NCBI GenBank assembly: GCA_964016885.1
Contig: OZ024740.1
Location: 169,198,001-169,262,000, forward strand
Origin: Eledone cirrhosa
Taxonomy: Eukaryota
Direction of reading: 5' to 3'
DNA length: 64,000 nt
Shown here: piece after piece, positions 32,815 through 45,873 of the stretch
Position numbering within the stretch: position 1 is the first letter of the stretch
How the letters are laid out: each line of letters starts with the position of its first letter
Made by a program: the position numbers and the translations under genes
The notes under the pieces: generated by a model
The model's input: only the letters and a program-made list of their open reading frames with translations
What the model was told of the DNA's origin: nothing
The model's database searches: none

Positions 32815-34625
32815 ACTTTGATTTCCACTACTGTGCATGTTTTCTTCTCCCTGTCCCATATCATAATATCTGGTCTATTATGCCTGCATTTTATTGGTTT
32901 TTTTACTGGAACATTCCACCAGTACTCTTTCATATTATGTACATGGATGTCTTCCACATTGTTGTAGCTTTTAATGTGTTTATTATCGGGGCTATCTTTT
33001 TTACGAACTGCATTGTACAGTGTTTTGGCCACTACATCATGCCTCATAGGTAGATAGTACCGCGATGACATCTTTGGACAGCTGCTTATGACATGGGTGA
33101 TATACTCGATGTTAGTTCTGCAGAGTCTGCACTTGTTATCACATCTAGGTGTTTTGCCTGCATCCCTATCTCTTTTGTGAATCAGGTATTTCGTGCTAAT
33201 CTCCTGTTCCTGGATTGCAAAAGCGTATCCTTCAAAGTGGGAGCCAATATTGCGGTTGTTGGTCCAAGATAGACTACTTTCCTTATCTATATTACTCTCA
33301 CTCTGGAGCTTCCTGGCAACATATTCATGCATGATTTTTTGCTGAGAGGCATGCAGCTTTTCAGCCATAGATTCACTGCGATACTGCTGAGCGACATCTC
33401 TTGGTGTGAGTTTTTGATTATCACACAGGGAATATCTCTCAAGGAGTTCCTTCCCAACTCTCATGATCTTATCTGTTTCATGCAGATAGACTTGCTCGAG
33501 AAACGGGCTCCTACGCTTCGAGGTTCGTAGATGTTGTCGGAGGGATATAATGTGACATTCAAATGTTGTCTGGACTGATGTTAGGCCTCTGCCTCCCTGC
33601 TTACGTTTCAAGTAAAGGCGGTCTATGTCACTGTTGATGTGGAAGTTTCCGGTGTTGTTCAGTATTTTTCGAGTTCCAACATCAACTGCTCGGATTTCGT
33701 CTATCGTCCAATTGAGTATTCCAAACGTTGGTGTTAGAACAGGCACAGCAAACACATTGTGAGCCACTGTTTTGTTTTGCGCAGAGAGTTCTGATGACCA
33801 GATCTTTCTTAATCGGGTGTAGTATTCCCTGGTTACGCGTTCTTTATTACAGATACCATTATAGGATATGTTCTCATCTATCCCCAGGTATCTGTAGCAG
33901 TCCTCATCAGATATCGGTGAAACAGTTAGACCATTGATGACAATGTTGCTAGATTGGGTTGTTGTTTTTCCCCGCTTTACAGACATGTATGAGCATTTAT
34001 CTTGGCCAAACTCCATTCCTATATCCTTTGAGAACGTTGTAACCAGGTCAATATTTTTCTTCATTCCATCCATGTTCTTGGCATAGAGTTTCAGATCGTC
34101 CGCAAAGAAATTATGGGTTAGGTTCGTATTTCTGTCCTCCCGTGAGCCAATGATGTATCCCTCACATTTCTTGAGCAGAAAGGACAAGGGGTTTAATGAC
34201 AAGATGAACAATATCACAGAGAGACTGTCCCCCTGAAATATACCCCTGCAATATTTTATTTTATCAGTGAAAATAGAGTCCCTCCTCTCTGTCTTTAACC
34301 TTAGGATAGTAGCCCAAGAAGAAGACAGCCTCTCTATGGCTCTGACAATAATGTCTGGGACTTTAGCAAGTTGGAGGGCCTCTATCATCCAAGAGTGGGG
34401 AACAGAATCGCTAGCTTTCCTGTAGTCCAGCCAGACTGTAGTCATATTCCTCTTAAGTTGTCGCACCTCCGACATCGCAGTTTTGTTGATTAGGAGTTGT
34501 TCAGTACATCCCCAAACCCCTTTCTTTCCAGCTGCTTGTTCATCTGTGATGATGTTATTATTTTCACAGTGATCTTGGAGGAATAGGTTCAGGAAGGCTG
34601 TATACATCTTATACATCAGGTTGTA
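32815..34625 (-). mobile_element. 5'-truncated R4/Dong-like (RLE) non-LTR retrotransposon
   Basis: Open ORF with WLDYRKA.DSVPH, GIFQGDSLS, FFADDLKLY, YRYLGI, CCHC knuckle CRLC...HVISSC, RHD, and NRPDI...VEI (PD-D/ExK). The C-terminus is cut by a TA array. A further C-terminal relic lies at about 32330-32712. Confidence 0.9.
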
Positions 34626-34629
34626 TGTA

Positions 34630-36960
34630 TGTTATCACTTTCTCTTAATTTCGAGTATATTTTTTTGACCGGTCACCTTCCTGGTGGCAAGGTTGTAAAA
34701 CAAAAGAAATTGTCATCCCTTGAATCGCAAGAATGTTTTGCAAATTTTGAAGGTGCCAGCTGCGCAGCCATTTGTAGACTATGAATTAGGGAGCTGCGCT
34801 TTTTGTCCGCAAATCCAAGTTCAGTCATACTTTGGTCCAAGCGGGTTGGTATATAACCCGTAGCTCCAATAATGATGGATATGAAGCTAAAGGTGTATAT
34901 TCGATACTGGATTTGTAAACTCCTCATCAATGGTCCGTAGATGTCCTCCTTCTCCTGTATTTTTCTGACAACGTTTACATCAAGTGGGCAGCTGATCTCC
35001 ACAACAGAACACGTTTTCAATGTGTGGTCCCAAACCACAATATCAGGCCGGTTGTGCTTTAATTTGATGGCAGTTTTTATTTTCAGGTTCCACCAGTATT
35101 CCTTAGTGCCATCTGTCTCAATATATTCTTCCTCGTTTGTTTTTAATTTTGTTTTCCGAAGTGCGTTCCAGATGGTTCTAGCTATCCCATCGTGTCTCAT
35201 GGGGAGGTAGTAGCGAGATGACATTCTTTCGCAGCTGGCAACAATGTGGCTTACATCCTCGATCTTTGTTTTACATAGCCTACATTTATTGTCAGCTGCT
35301 CGCCCTCCCCTTTTGTGCAGCAGATATTTGGTAGGGAGTTCTTGTTCCTGTATTGCATAGAGATATCCCTCAAGGTGTGATGTCATAAACTTGTCGGAAC
35401 TCCATGCCAGGCTTTTTGAGTGGTTTATCCCCTCTATGGTCTGTGTTTTACGTCTCAAGTATCCGTGGACAACTTTTTCTGTAAATTGGTTAAATTTTTC
35501 ATCTTGTTTGAACATTGAATAGGATCTTCCGATTTCTCTGGGTGAGAGATTTATCAGGCTTTATTCCATATCTCTCCTCCAGATCAGTCGCTATTCTAAT
35601 GATATTTTTTTTTCATGCTCATAAACCTGGGCAAGATGGTTGCCAACCTTTTTCCTCTGTTGAAGGTGTTGCTTCAGTGTTACTATCCGAGTCTCATATG
35701 TTGTTAATATGGATTTTAGACCCCCGGCCACCTTCCTTGAGTGAGAAGTATAGCCTATCCACATCACCATTGATGTTAAAGTTCCCAGTAACACTGAAAA
35801 GTTCGCGAGTTCTAACATCCATCTCACTTAGTTCTTGCAATGACCAGTTCAGCAGGCCAAATGTTGGCGTTAGAATTGGCACAGCATAAGTATTGTGGGA
35901 AATGTATTTGTTGTACGCTGACAGTTCTGATGACCATATTTTCTTTACTCTTCTGAGGTATTCAGTTCTGGTTCTCTCCTTATTTATGGATCCATCATAT
36001 CTGACATTCTCATCCTGTCCAAGATATCTGTAGTTGTCACCTGTAGAGGTTGTATTGTCAGGCCGTTCATCTCTAGATTTCTAGAGGAGGGAACAACTCT
36101 TCCACGTTTTACTGCCAAATATGCACACTTGGACTCACCAAATTTTATTTTGATGTCTGTTGAAAATTGTGTAATGAGGTCCAATTGTTTCTTGATGTCA
36201 TTGATATTTGGCCCATACAACTTCAGGTCATCAACAAAGAAAAGATGGGAGATACTTCTGGACCCACTTCTTTGTCCACCTTGTTTCCTGAGTAGGTACG
36301 ATAGTGGATTTAGTGAGAGAATGAAGAGTAGCACTGACAAGCTATCACCCTGAAAGATGCCCTTATGGTAATGTATCTTATCAGTCTTAACTTGCTCCTT
36401 TTCACCTCTAAGGATCAAATTGGTGTACCAGTTCTTGGTCAGGCGTTCAACAGCAGCTACCAATGGTTGTGGGACTTTGGCTAACTGTAAAGCCTTAATA
36501 ATCCACCCATGAGGTACACTATCAAATGCTTTTTGATAGTCCAGCCACACCACAGTCATGTTTCTGCGATTCTTTGTTGTTTTTTCCTGAATCATTTTAT
36601 TAGTTAGTAGGTGATCTATGCAACCCCACACCTCCCTCTTTCCAGCAATTTGCTCAGGTGTTATAAAGTTGATGGTAGCACATTGATCTTGTAAGAACAG
36701 GTTAAGGCACCCAGTATATAATTTATACATGATGTTTTGGCAGGCTATTGGGCGGTAATTTTTAGCAAGGGTGGTTTGGCTATTTTGGGGAATGAGGAGA
36801 GTAGTGGCAGTTGATAACCATCTGGGCAGTTCTTGTGTGGCTTTAATGGTTTCTGTAAACAGCTGTATGAGATCTTGCCGATAGAAAGTGAAATTCTTCA
36901 ACCAGTATCCTGTAATGAGGTCTGGGCCTGGTGATTTCCTATTCGACATTTTCTGTACAG
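34630..36960 (-). mobile_element. Second, divergent R4/Dong-like element (frameshifted), head-to-tail with the first
   Basis: KSPGPD, NYRPIAC, WLDYQKAFDSVPH, FQGDSLS, FVDDLKLY, CRLC...HIVASC, RHD, NRPDIVV...VEISCP. Confidence 0.9.
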
Positions 36961-37535
36961 CTGTTTCCAGTATGAAATTATGGCTGTCAACGTGAACAAG
37001 TTTTCATTAAATTTTCGTGTCCTTATTTGGAAATCCATTCTGTAGGAATAAGGACACGAAAATTTAATGAAAACTTGTTTCATTTATAACCAACCAAAAA
37101 AAAAGCCTTCGTGAGCCCCTTTTTTCAAGTAAAAAGAAATTCAAACACTCATATATGAAAAAAACAACCTGTGACAACCCCCCCTCTTATTTGAAGAACT
37201 ATTGTAACGCGAACTGGCGCGAAATTTATTATAATTATTGACAAACCAATCAAATTACTTCTCGAAAAACCTGGTATTTCGAGCCACTTTTTCCATATAA
37301 AACAAGTAACATTCAGAGACCAACCAGATGTGAGAAAAACCACAGACCCTCCATCTCAACTCACCTTTTGAAAAGCAGAAGAACTGCGAAACCGGTAAAG
37401 GAACCAAATAAATATATATATTTAAAAAAAAAAAATAAGACTCCAGTTGCATTTTTGATTTCATCTCTTTTTCTTTATACTTTCACTCGTGTAGGACACC
37501 TCGGTTAGTTTTCATTTTGTAAAAAAAAACCTCAC

Positions 37536-37564
<29 letters not shown>

Positions 37565-37566
<2 letters not shown>

Positions 37567-37702
37567 ACGAAGGAAATGTGGTAAGGAACCAGGTGGACCA
37601 TAACGCACCAAAGTACTCAATACTTGAGGTAGTAGAGTGGGTAATAGGAACCAGTAAGACCCCGAAAGCTGAGCTCAAGCCGTTTCGACGGCTAATTCTG
37701 GA

Positions 37703-37706
<4 letters not shown>
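37565..37706 (-). repeat. Family B cassette, single arm, truncated inside helix II
   Basis: Almost identical to 17578-17719 and flanked by TA on both sides. Confidence 0.85.
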
Positions 37707-37730
<24 letters not shown>

Positions 37731-37738
<8 letters not shown>

Positions 37739-40700
37739 TTCAAAATATTAACAAAAATAGAACTGCTTGTGATCAAGTATATTTTATTATACATATTTCA
37801 GAGGTACTGAGCTAACTTCAACAGTACGTCCTCATCAGATAAAATAAGATGATGCATGACATACCCTGACATAGAAGATGTTTAAGATCCAGTCATGGTA
37901 GTGAGTAAGATATGACAAAACTCAATATTTATATACCTTAAAAACCTACATATAATACATATAATACAGAGGGTGCGTGTAAGAAAGCTTAAAAATACAT
38001 AACAGTAATTTACATAACTGTTAGAGATTCAAATAATTATTGAAGAAAAAGGAAGAAAAAAGACAGAGAGAAAACAGATGAGGGGAAAATATAGCTAGAA
38101 AAGGTATAGAGAGCAAAAGAGAATTGATCATGAAAAGGGAGACAAAGAGGAGTAATTATAAATATCTCTACATGACTATACATTTGGGCATAGCTATGCG
38201 ATAGAGTAAACTCGAATCAATGAATTATCTAGAAATATTCATCAATCTAAATCATAAATATAACTGGGTGTAATCAATAAAGGTTAATTTCCTTAGTTAA
38301 TTAGTTATATATACCATCCAAACGTATCTGGTTGACCGTTAACTTTTAAATCATTTAAGTTAGTTCAGAGTAATGAATTAATTAAAGTGTATAATATTTC
38401 AGGCTATAAAAGTTTATAAATATCTGTATTAATATTAAAGTATACTATCATATTTAATTTATAAAATCATATTTTATGAATTCATATTTAAACTATTTAC
38501 AAACATGAGAGAGAAGACATGCTATTTATCATCATCTCGAAGGTAAATCTTAATAATTTTTATATAATATATATAATTATTTATATTATATTGAAGATAA
38601 TTCGCATTATATAATTTATAAAATAATTACAGTTATAATTTTAAAAATTCAGATTAACAATCAGAATGCCTTAAAGCATCAAAAAGCCTTATAATTAAAC
38701 TTAAAAAAGTTTATTATTAAATTAGATATATGCATTTGTCTAAATATAAACAAAGATTCTATTGTCTAAAGATTAAGATGAAGATGATATCTATCATTTA
38801 TATATAACATAATATAAAACAATACATAAGTTACTGATAATATTGTTAAAAATTAAGGTTTTAGATCAATTATTATAATAAGGTCATGTAACACATATAT
38901 ACTATACATATACAAGTCAAACTTCTTGAATCATACGGATAAGAGTCTGATTCAAATTAAAAATGTGAATTGTCTGCGATCTTAGATTTTCTTTATAAAT
39001 ATATATAGTAGTATAATGTTCTTGCAAACATGAGAAAGAGAAAGCCTAAGGATTTCATTGACCCGAAGGTAAGCCAAATTTAATTAAATTAAATTAAATA
39101 ATAATCGTTATATAACTTAAAAAATTTAGAAAATATTTAGAACTTATTTAACGATTATAACACTAGAAAATCATTAAAGTATCTAAAGTACTTATCAATA
39201 ATAATCGTTAAATAACTTAGAGAGTTTAGAAAATATTTAGAAAATATTTAACGATTATAACACTAGAAAGTCATTAAAGTATTTAAAGTACTTATAAATG
39301 TAACTAGAAGCATGTTATTATACTAGATATACAGATTTGTTCAAATATAAATAGAGTATTCCAGATATTAGTGATCGATATACATATAATAAATAATTAG
39401 TACAATCATTGTTAGTAATGTTATAATTGAAGTTTTACATCAAGTTAAGTGGAAAATAGTTTGTCGGCTAGTATGGTGTGATGCATAAACCGTAAATATA
39501 TAAATACAAATATATAAATCAAACTTCCCGAATCGTAAAACATACTCCAAATGAATAAATATACAAAAACATAAATGTATGAATGATTTACGGTACATTA
39601 TAATTGTTAAGCGTATAAGCCATATATAAAAAAAATATACAAGAATCCCAGTCAAAAATTAAATATATCTTAACAATCAAAAGATATGCACATTCCTCAA
39701 GAGATTATGTTAACCAATAATATGTTTATATACCTAAACAGGACCCTTTAATCTAACATTAATCATATCATAAAACAGTTAAAAAATAAAAATTATTAAA
39801 GTTTTTTAATCAGTTATAACGTTGATACGCGACGTCAAAAATTAGAACCTGCTTATTTAGTGTTTTTTCCTGACTTTTTGCGAGGCTTGGAATGTAGACA
39901 AAGCTTTATGAAGGCAGTTTGTTAATTAAATTTTCACAATCAGTAATTATTAAAAGGGTCTCCATGGTACAGAGGTTGCAGTTAGGTGATATTGATGAAT
40001 TCAAATAAATTCTACTATTCCATAATTATTAAATTTTCACAATCAGTAATTATTAAAAGGGTCTCCATGGTACAGAGGTTGCAGTTAGGTGATATTGATG
40101 AATTCAAATAAATTCTACTATTACATAACTTCGCCCAAGAAATCGAGTATTTGTGATTAGCAAATCTCGATTTAAATGTCGAAGAAGTTGCGCCTATATA
40201 GTTGTATGTGATGTTATTTGCTTTTACGGTGCATTTATATACCAAATTGCTATCAACACAGTTATTTTGCAGAGGGCAACCTGGTCTATTTCTACAATTA
40301 CACTTCGATTTATTGTTATTACTATAAATTGTACTATTTACATTAACATTATTAGTATTCCGAAATGTTCTCTTGATTGCGATGTTACTGTTATTTCTAG
40401 TGTCAATATTGCTAGTCTTATTATATTCATTATCGTTAAATGTATGTTGATTTAGAATTCTACTATTTATTTTAGCGATGTTTTGGGCCATATTCATAGT
40501 TGTAGAATAAGAAAGCTTAATTGTGTGTCTGTTAAATATGGAACGGTATTTATGTTGAATGGGGAAGGATTTATCTAAAGCTTTAAAAAATAGATTTGCG
40601 ACTGGAGTTTTTATTGCTACAGAAGCCGGGGGGGGGGGGGACCATATAACTTATAACTGATTTAGTTCTGATTTTTTTCCCGATTTATTTACGGTAGTGG

Positions 40701-42377
40701 TCTTTGTATTAACATTTTTAGAATCTCGTTTATACACGTTAATCTTAGGATTATAATTCAAATTATTATCCATATATTCTATATTATTTTTATAACCTGC
40801 TTTCGTAGCGCGTCATTATAATATCCTGCTTTTTCATCAAATATGGATTTATTAGCGGATATTCTAGTTATGCGTTTCTGTACACTATTGACTATTGCGT
40901 TTTTCACAGATTTAGGGTAATTAGAGTAATAGCTAACGTAGTTTAAGTTTTCATTGGGCTTATGGAAAGGGTAATAAAAGCCTGAGTTTAAGTTAAGGGT
41001 AACGTCAAGGAAATTAACTATTTTTGTACTACTTTCAACTTCTAATTTAAGGTCGTAATTTTTAAAGAATACAATTATAGTTTTCTTAACCCAATTTAGT
41101 TCTGTATTGTTATGTTTGACAACGGTAAATAAAGTATCGTCCCTATATAAACCACCAGTAATCTCCGGTAGTTTTCTATTTACCATATTTAATATGAAAA
41201 TCCCCAGAAGATCGGTGACCTGCGCTGAGTCCGATGATCCCATGGTAATGTCAAAGTTACTATTCCTATCTGAACGGGTCCAATATTTATTGTTGAAATT
41301 AATTAGAGTTCTTCTAGCAGTTAGTATGATATCAATTTCATCCGTAGTTAGATCTGTATGTTTGTAAGCATAAGACAAAGCCTTATTTAATAGGTTAGGT
41401 GTAATAGAAGAATAATAGCTTGCTATGTCCATTTGGATGAATTTGTGATATTTCTTATTCTCTATATTTTTAAACCAGTCAATCACTTCATTAGTGTCCT
41501 TCCATAAGCTCAATTTAGACTTCAATTTCAGAGTAGGTAGAATTATATCAATAATATTCTTACTGATTACTCCAATATCCGATTTAGATGGAGTAATCAG
41601 TCTAACTGGCAGGTCTTCCTCAAAGTTTCTTTTGTGATCCTTAAAATTTATCCTCGGCTGTCTAGGTATGAAAGGCTCAGTTCTTCCTTCAATTCCAAAT
41701 TATGCTATTAATTTAAATGCATCATTATTTTTCCTTAGTTCTTTTAAAATTAAATCATTATATACTTCTTTATTTATGCCATATAAATTGTTCGTTTTGT
41801 CCGACTTCACCAATATTTTATTAACTTTTTTTATATCCAAGATTTTTTCTTTAAGAGTTCTAAGGTATTGGTGACCTTTATATGGGTTTTTCCTGAATTT
41901 AATTTTTTTTAATATATTGAGCATTTCCGTTTCAAAATCCTCCAGGAGTTTGTTGTATGGAGGATTTTTTCTAGATTTAAAGATAGTTTCGAAATAATTG
42001 CTGTTGGTTTTCCTTTTAGCTTCTTTATTATTGAAATGAAATGCACGCAATCTCACTCTTCATATAAAAGAGTTTGTTTGCTCTATAAGTTTCCTCATGT
42101 ATTCTTCATTAGATGGTATAGGTATATCTTTGGGAGATGTCGGGAATGTGAAGAATTCCATTATTTATTAAATTTGCAATCTGTTGTTTAGGAAAGCGCT
42201 CAACCTGCTGGGAGCTAGTTATTTAAAGGTTAAACAAGGTTCAATGAATAAATCAAATAATTATTTTTGCTAATATTCTGAATTAATATAACTCCGGAAA
42301 ACCATTACTGTTGAGTGCTTCCAATCTATTGTAAAATTAATTCTTTGATTTATTCATTGAACCTTGTTTAATCTTTA
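37731..42377 (-). mobile_element. Near full-length, decayed Penelope-like element (Naiad-like): RT plus C-terminal GIY-YIG, long AT-rich 3' region, HHR, and inverted 5' pLTR piece
   Basis: ATG at 42161 (MEFFTFPTSPKDIPIPS). Motifs SDKT, FDITMGSSDSAQV, GLYRDD, VNFLDVTL, CNCRNRPGCPL, YNYIGAT..FKSRFANH and CNLC. Several frameshifts and stops. 37731-37760 is an inverted match (27/30) to 42261-42290. Confidence 0.88.
37780..37846 (-). ncRNA. Type I hammerhead ribozyme at the 3' end of the Naiad-like PLE
   Basis: TATTTTAT-CTGATGA-GGAcGTACTG..12 nt..CAGTACcTCT-GAAA-TATGTA-TA^ATAAAATA. Helix I is 8 bp, helix II about 9 bp, and helix III is minimal and quasi-palindromic. Confidence 0.82.
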
Positions 42378-42652
42378 TATATATATATATATAACAAATA
42401 ATGTCTATGTATCTGTTTCCCTAAACCTCGAGAACTACCCAACCGTTCTTTTCAAACTTTACACATGTAATACTTATGGTTCTATTGAGTGTTCTGAGCA
42501 AAAACATTTTCAAATTTTCAATGCCTTAGGGACCGCATTAGGCGATTTAGCGATCTCTTTCTCTTTTTAGATAGATACATAGATATGACGTCGCGCCTTC
42601 ATAATATCTGTCTGTATGCCTGGCTGTCTGCATTACGACATTATGATGCGAT

Positions 42653-42706
<54 letters not shown>

Positions 42707-43395
42707 ATATATATAGTGTGTGTATATATATATATATATATATATTCTTATGCCAGGGAACGTCTTCACGAATCAAAGTGTCGTCTTCCTGATTTTCTTC
42801 GGTTGCAACGTTTTTCGAAATATTTACATCTGCATTCACAGATTGATTTTTTTAGTTTCAGAAGATACCGTTAAGGTTGAAAGCAACGATTCTTTGCTTA
42901 AACATGAATATGTTATTTTAATATAGATATTCGTGTACAGATATTTTTGCATACACAAAAACAAAATATAAACAGAAAAGGCTGGCGATTACATAATCAC
43001 ATGCATCACTGACATATATTTTTGCATACACAAAAACAAAATATAAACAAACAAGGCCAACGATTGCATCACTTAGTCTTAGTGTACTTCATACCGTTTT
43101 TGGTAGAAGATCCCGTTAAGGGTGAAAGCAGCGATTCATTTTCTGCGTTGACAGATTGATTTTTTTAGTTTCACAAGATCCGTTAAGTGTGAAAGCAGTG
43201 ATTCTTTGCTTACACTTTAATCTGTTATTTTAATATATATATATAATTATATATTCGTGTACAGATATTTTTGCATACACAATAACAAAATATAAACAAA
43301 CGTATTTATTTCACGAGGCTCGATAAGGATAAATATATATCAAATATATAAGAACGCTAGAGCAAATCCCGAGCAACGCCGGGCCATTCTGCTAG
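42372..43395 (+). mobile_element. Non-autonomous Helitron
   Basis: The 3' end has a GC hairpin CCCG-AGCAACGC-CGGG followed by CTAG|T. The 5' end A|TC(TT)TATATA is less certain. There are internal microsatellites and duplications and no TSD. Confidence 0.75.
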
Positions 43396-43477
<82 letters not shown>

Positions 43478-43482
<5 letters not shown>

Positions 43483-43960
43483 TAAAATAACAGATTAAAG
43501 TTTAAGCAAAGAATCACTGCTTTCACCCTTAACGGGATCTTCTGAAAAAAAAATCAATGTGTGAACGCAGAAGTAAATATTTCAAAAAACGTTGCAACCG
43601 AAGGAAGACAGGAAGACGATACTTTGGTTCGTGGAAACGTTCCCTGGCAAAGAACGGATAAAAGCGAAGATAATACGTCATTAATTGGAGCGGTGAAAAT
43701 AATTACACGCAAAGACAAAACCACGTTTATGGTATAAATGAAGTCGTAGACTAATATTCTATTAGGTGGTCCGTGGAGACGTTCTCTGGCAATGAACGGA
43801 AAACACGAAGATAATACGTCGTTATGTGGATGCGGTGAGAACAATTACACGCAAAAACAAAATCACGTATATGTTATAACTGAAGTCGTAGGCTAAAATT
43901 CTATTTAGGAAACCGAATGATTCTCGGCTTCAGAGTTAAGAATAAAGTCAATAAATTACA
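43478..43960 (-). repeat. Helitron-related dispersed repeat (inverted relative to 19045-19468)
   Basis: Reverse-complement match to 19060-19468 and 43130-43232. Confidence 0.78.
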
Positions 43961-45410
43961 GAGGTAATTGAAATTAAATATATACATGCACGCCTCCATA
44001 TGTACATACACAAGCATACGCGAAAACACCCGCAATGGGTATGCAAATACAAGCACGTACACAAAAAACGCACGCACATATAGAACCCACGCAACGCCTG
44101 TACACGCATACATACGAACGTATACACCAAATACACATAAAAATATATATAAAAAAATGTATATATGTGCGTGTATATATATAATTATATAAACGCATAT
44201 AAATATACACACATAAATACGTATATAACGCGCACACACATACCTACATGTAAATACACATATGTACACAGACGTACGTCAACCAAACACAAAGAACACA
44301 TATACACACACCCTACATACGTACGAACCCGCATACTCACACAGACACAAAACTCACGTATACACATAACCATATGCACATGTACCAGTATATAATATAT
44401 ACGCCATAACATATACAAGCAAATATACGTACGAGAAAGTATACGTACCCTCACAAAACATACAGGTAATATATACTTACCTATACAAATAAGTAATGGT
44501 ATAAACATAACATATACTTAGCTACCACATCAAGACGTAAATATCCGCGTATAGTTCGTACTATCTGTTAGGGTATAATGTGGGGCTGTAATACAGGAAA
44601 GTTTGTGCAATTTATGTTTACAAGCCGAAATTGTCTCAGACTTTTTGTTTAAGATGTGGTCTTTGGCGCAGAGTATTTCCAGGGCCTCAGCTGCGCAGAG
44701 GTCACATGGTCTTTTATTTCCGTTATACGATCTAGCTTTAGCTAGGATCTCCCAGTGTAACTTATATTTGGTGTGGTTGTCTTTTAGACTCCAGATATAA
44801 GTTGAAAGTGACGTCATATTCCTTCTTAAACGGTTAAGAAAAGAATGGATATGCATGTAAAGACGCTGCTTGAATCTTTTGGCGGTTAACCCTATGTAGG
44901 CCCTACGGACGTGGGTGTTTCAACCTTACATTTGTAGACAATGTTACTAGAGAGACATTTCCCGGATAGGGGCAGTCAACCCGATTCCTACAATTACAGG
45001 TAGTACTAGCTACAGGATTGCACGTGTTCCCACGGCTAGGTAATTTAGCTAAATTTGAAGCTGTGATGTTATGTGAAAGGTTAGGAGTCGTATAGTAAGA
45101 AATTTTAATGGTATTTCTATTAAACATTTTACTATATTTATGTGCTGGGGGCACATGCTTCATAATAAGGGAGAGAAAGATCTTAGCTAATGGTGTGGCC
45201 ACCTCCATATTATATGGTGGGTTATACCATATAATCGTCGGGATCTATTTTTCCTAGGTCTACTCTCGTACTCTGTATATGCTACTTTATCGACAAATCC
45301 ACTCCGAGCGAGAGCTTCATTGTAATATGTAGAATGGTCGTTGAAAATATGCACGTTTGTAGATAGACGGGAAAGCCTCAAAGAAACGTTTCTTACCAGG
45401 TTCTTGGTTA
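43960..45410 (-). mobile_element. 5'-truncated Naiad-like PLE (RT thumb plus GIY-YIG relic and TG/TA-rich tail)
   Basis: MFNRNTIKISYYTTPNL, CNCRNRVDCP, YIGLTAKRFKQR, TSLSTYIWSLK...WEIL...CDLCAAE...LNKKSETISACKH across frameshifts. Confidence 0.85.
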
Positions 45411-45526
45411 TGCTGAACTTTAATCTGTTATTTTAATAAATATTTGCTCTACGGTTCTTATATATTTGATATATATTTATCCTTATCGAGCCTCCTTTGG
45501 ATTTTAGTCTTCAAATTTATTATAAT

Positions 45527-45573
<47 letters not shown>

Positions 45574-45577
<4 letters not shown>

Positions 45578-45759
45578 AACAAGTAAGACCCCGACGGCTG
45601 AGCTCAAGCCCTTTCGACGGCTAATTCAGAATTAGCCGTCGAAACGGCTTGAGCTCAGCCGTCGGGGTCTTACTTGTTCCTATTACCCACTCTACTACCC
45701 TAAGTATTGAGTACTTTGGTGCGTTATGGTCCACCTGGTTCCTTACCACATTTCCTTCG

Positions 45760-45762
<3 letters not shown>
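45574..45762 (+). repeat. Family B cassette with palindrome centred at 45628
   Basis: gacggctaattc-a-gaattagccgtc followed by GAAA-CGGC-TTGAGCTCA-GCCG-TC^GGGGTCTTAC. Confidence 0.85.
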
Positions 45763-45797
<35 letters not shown>

Positions 45798-45805
45798 GAT
45801 TAACG

Positions 45806-45873
<68 letters not shown>

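Noticed and set aside
42060-42062. In-frame TGA in the Naiad-like ORF as possible selenocysteine (some Naiads encode Sec)
   Set aside because: It falls at a position where K/R rather than Cys is expected, is explained by CGA>TGA decay, and the copy has other disabling lesions. The zinc-linker cysteines are ordinary Cys codons.
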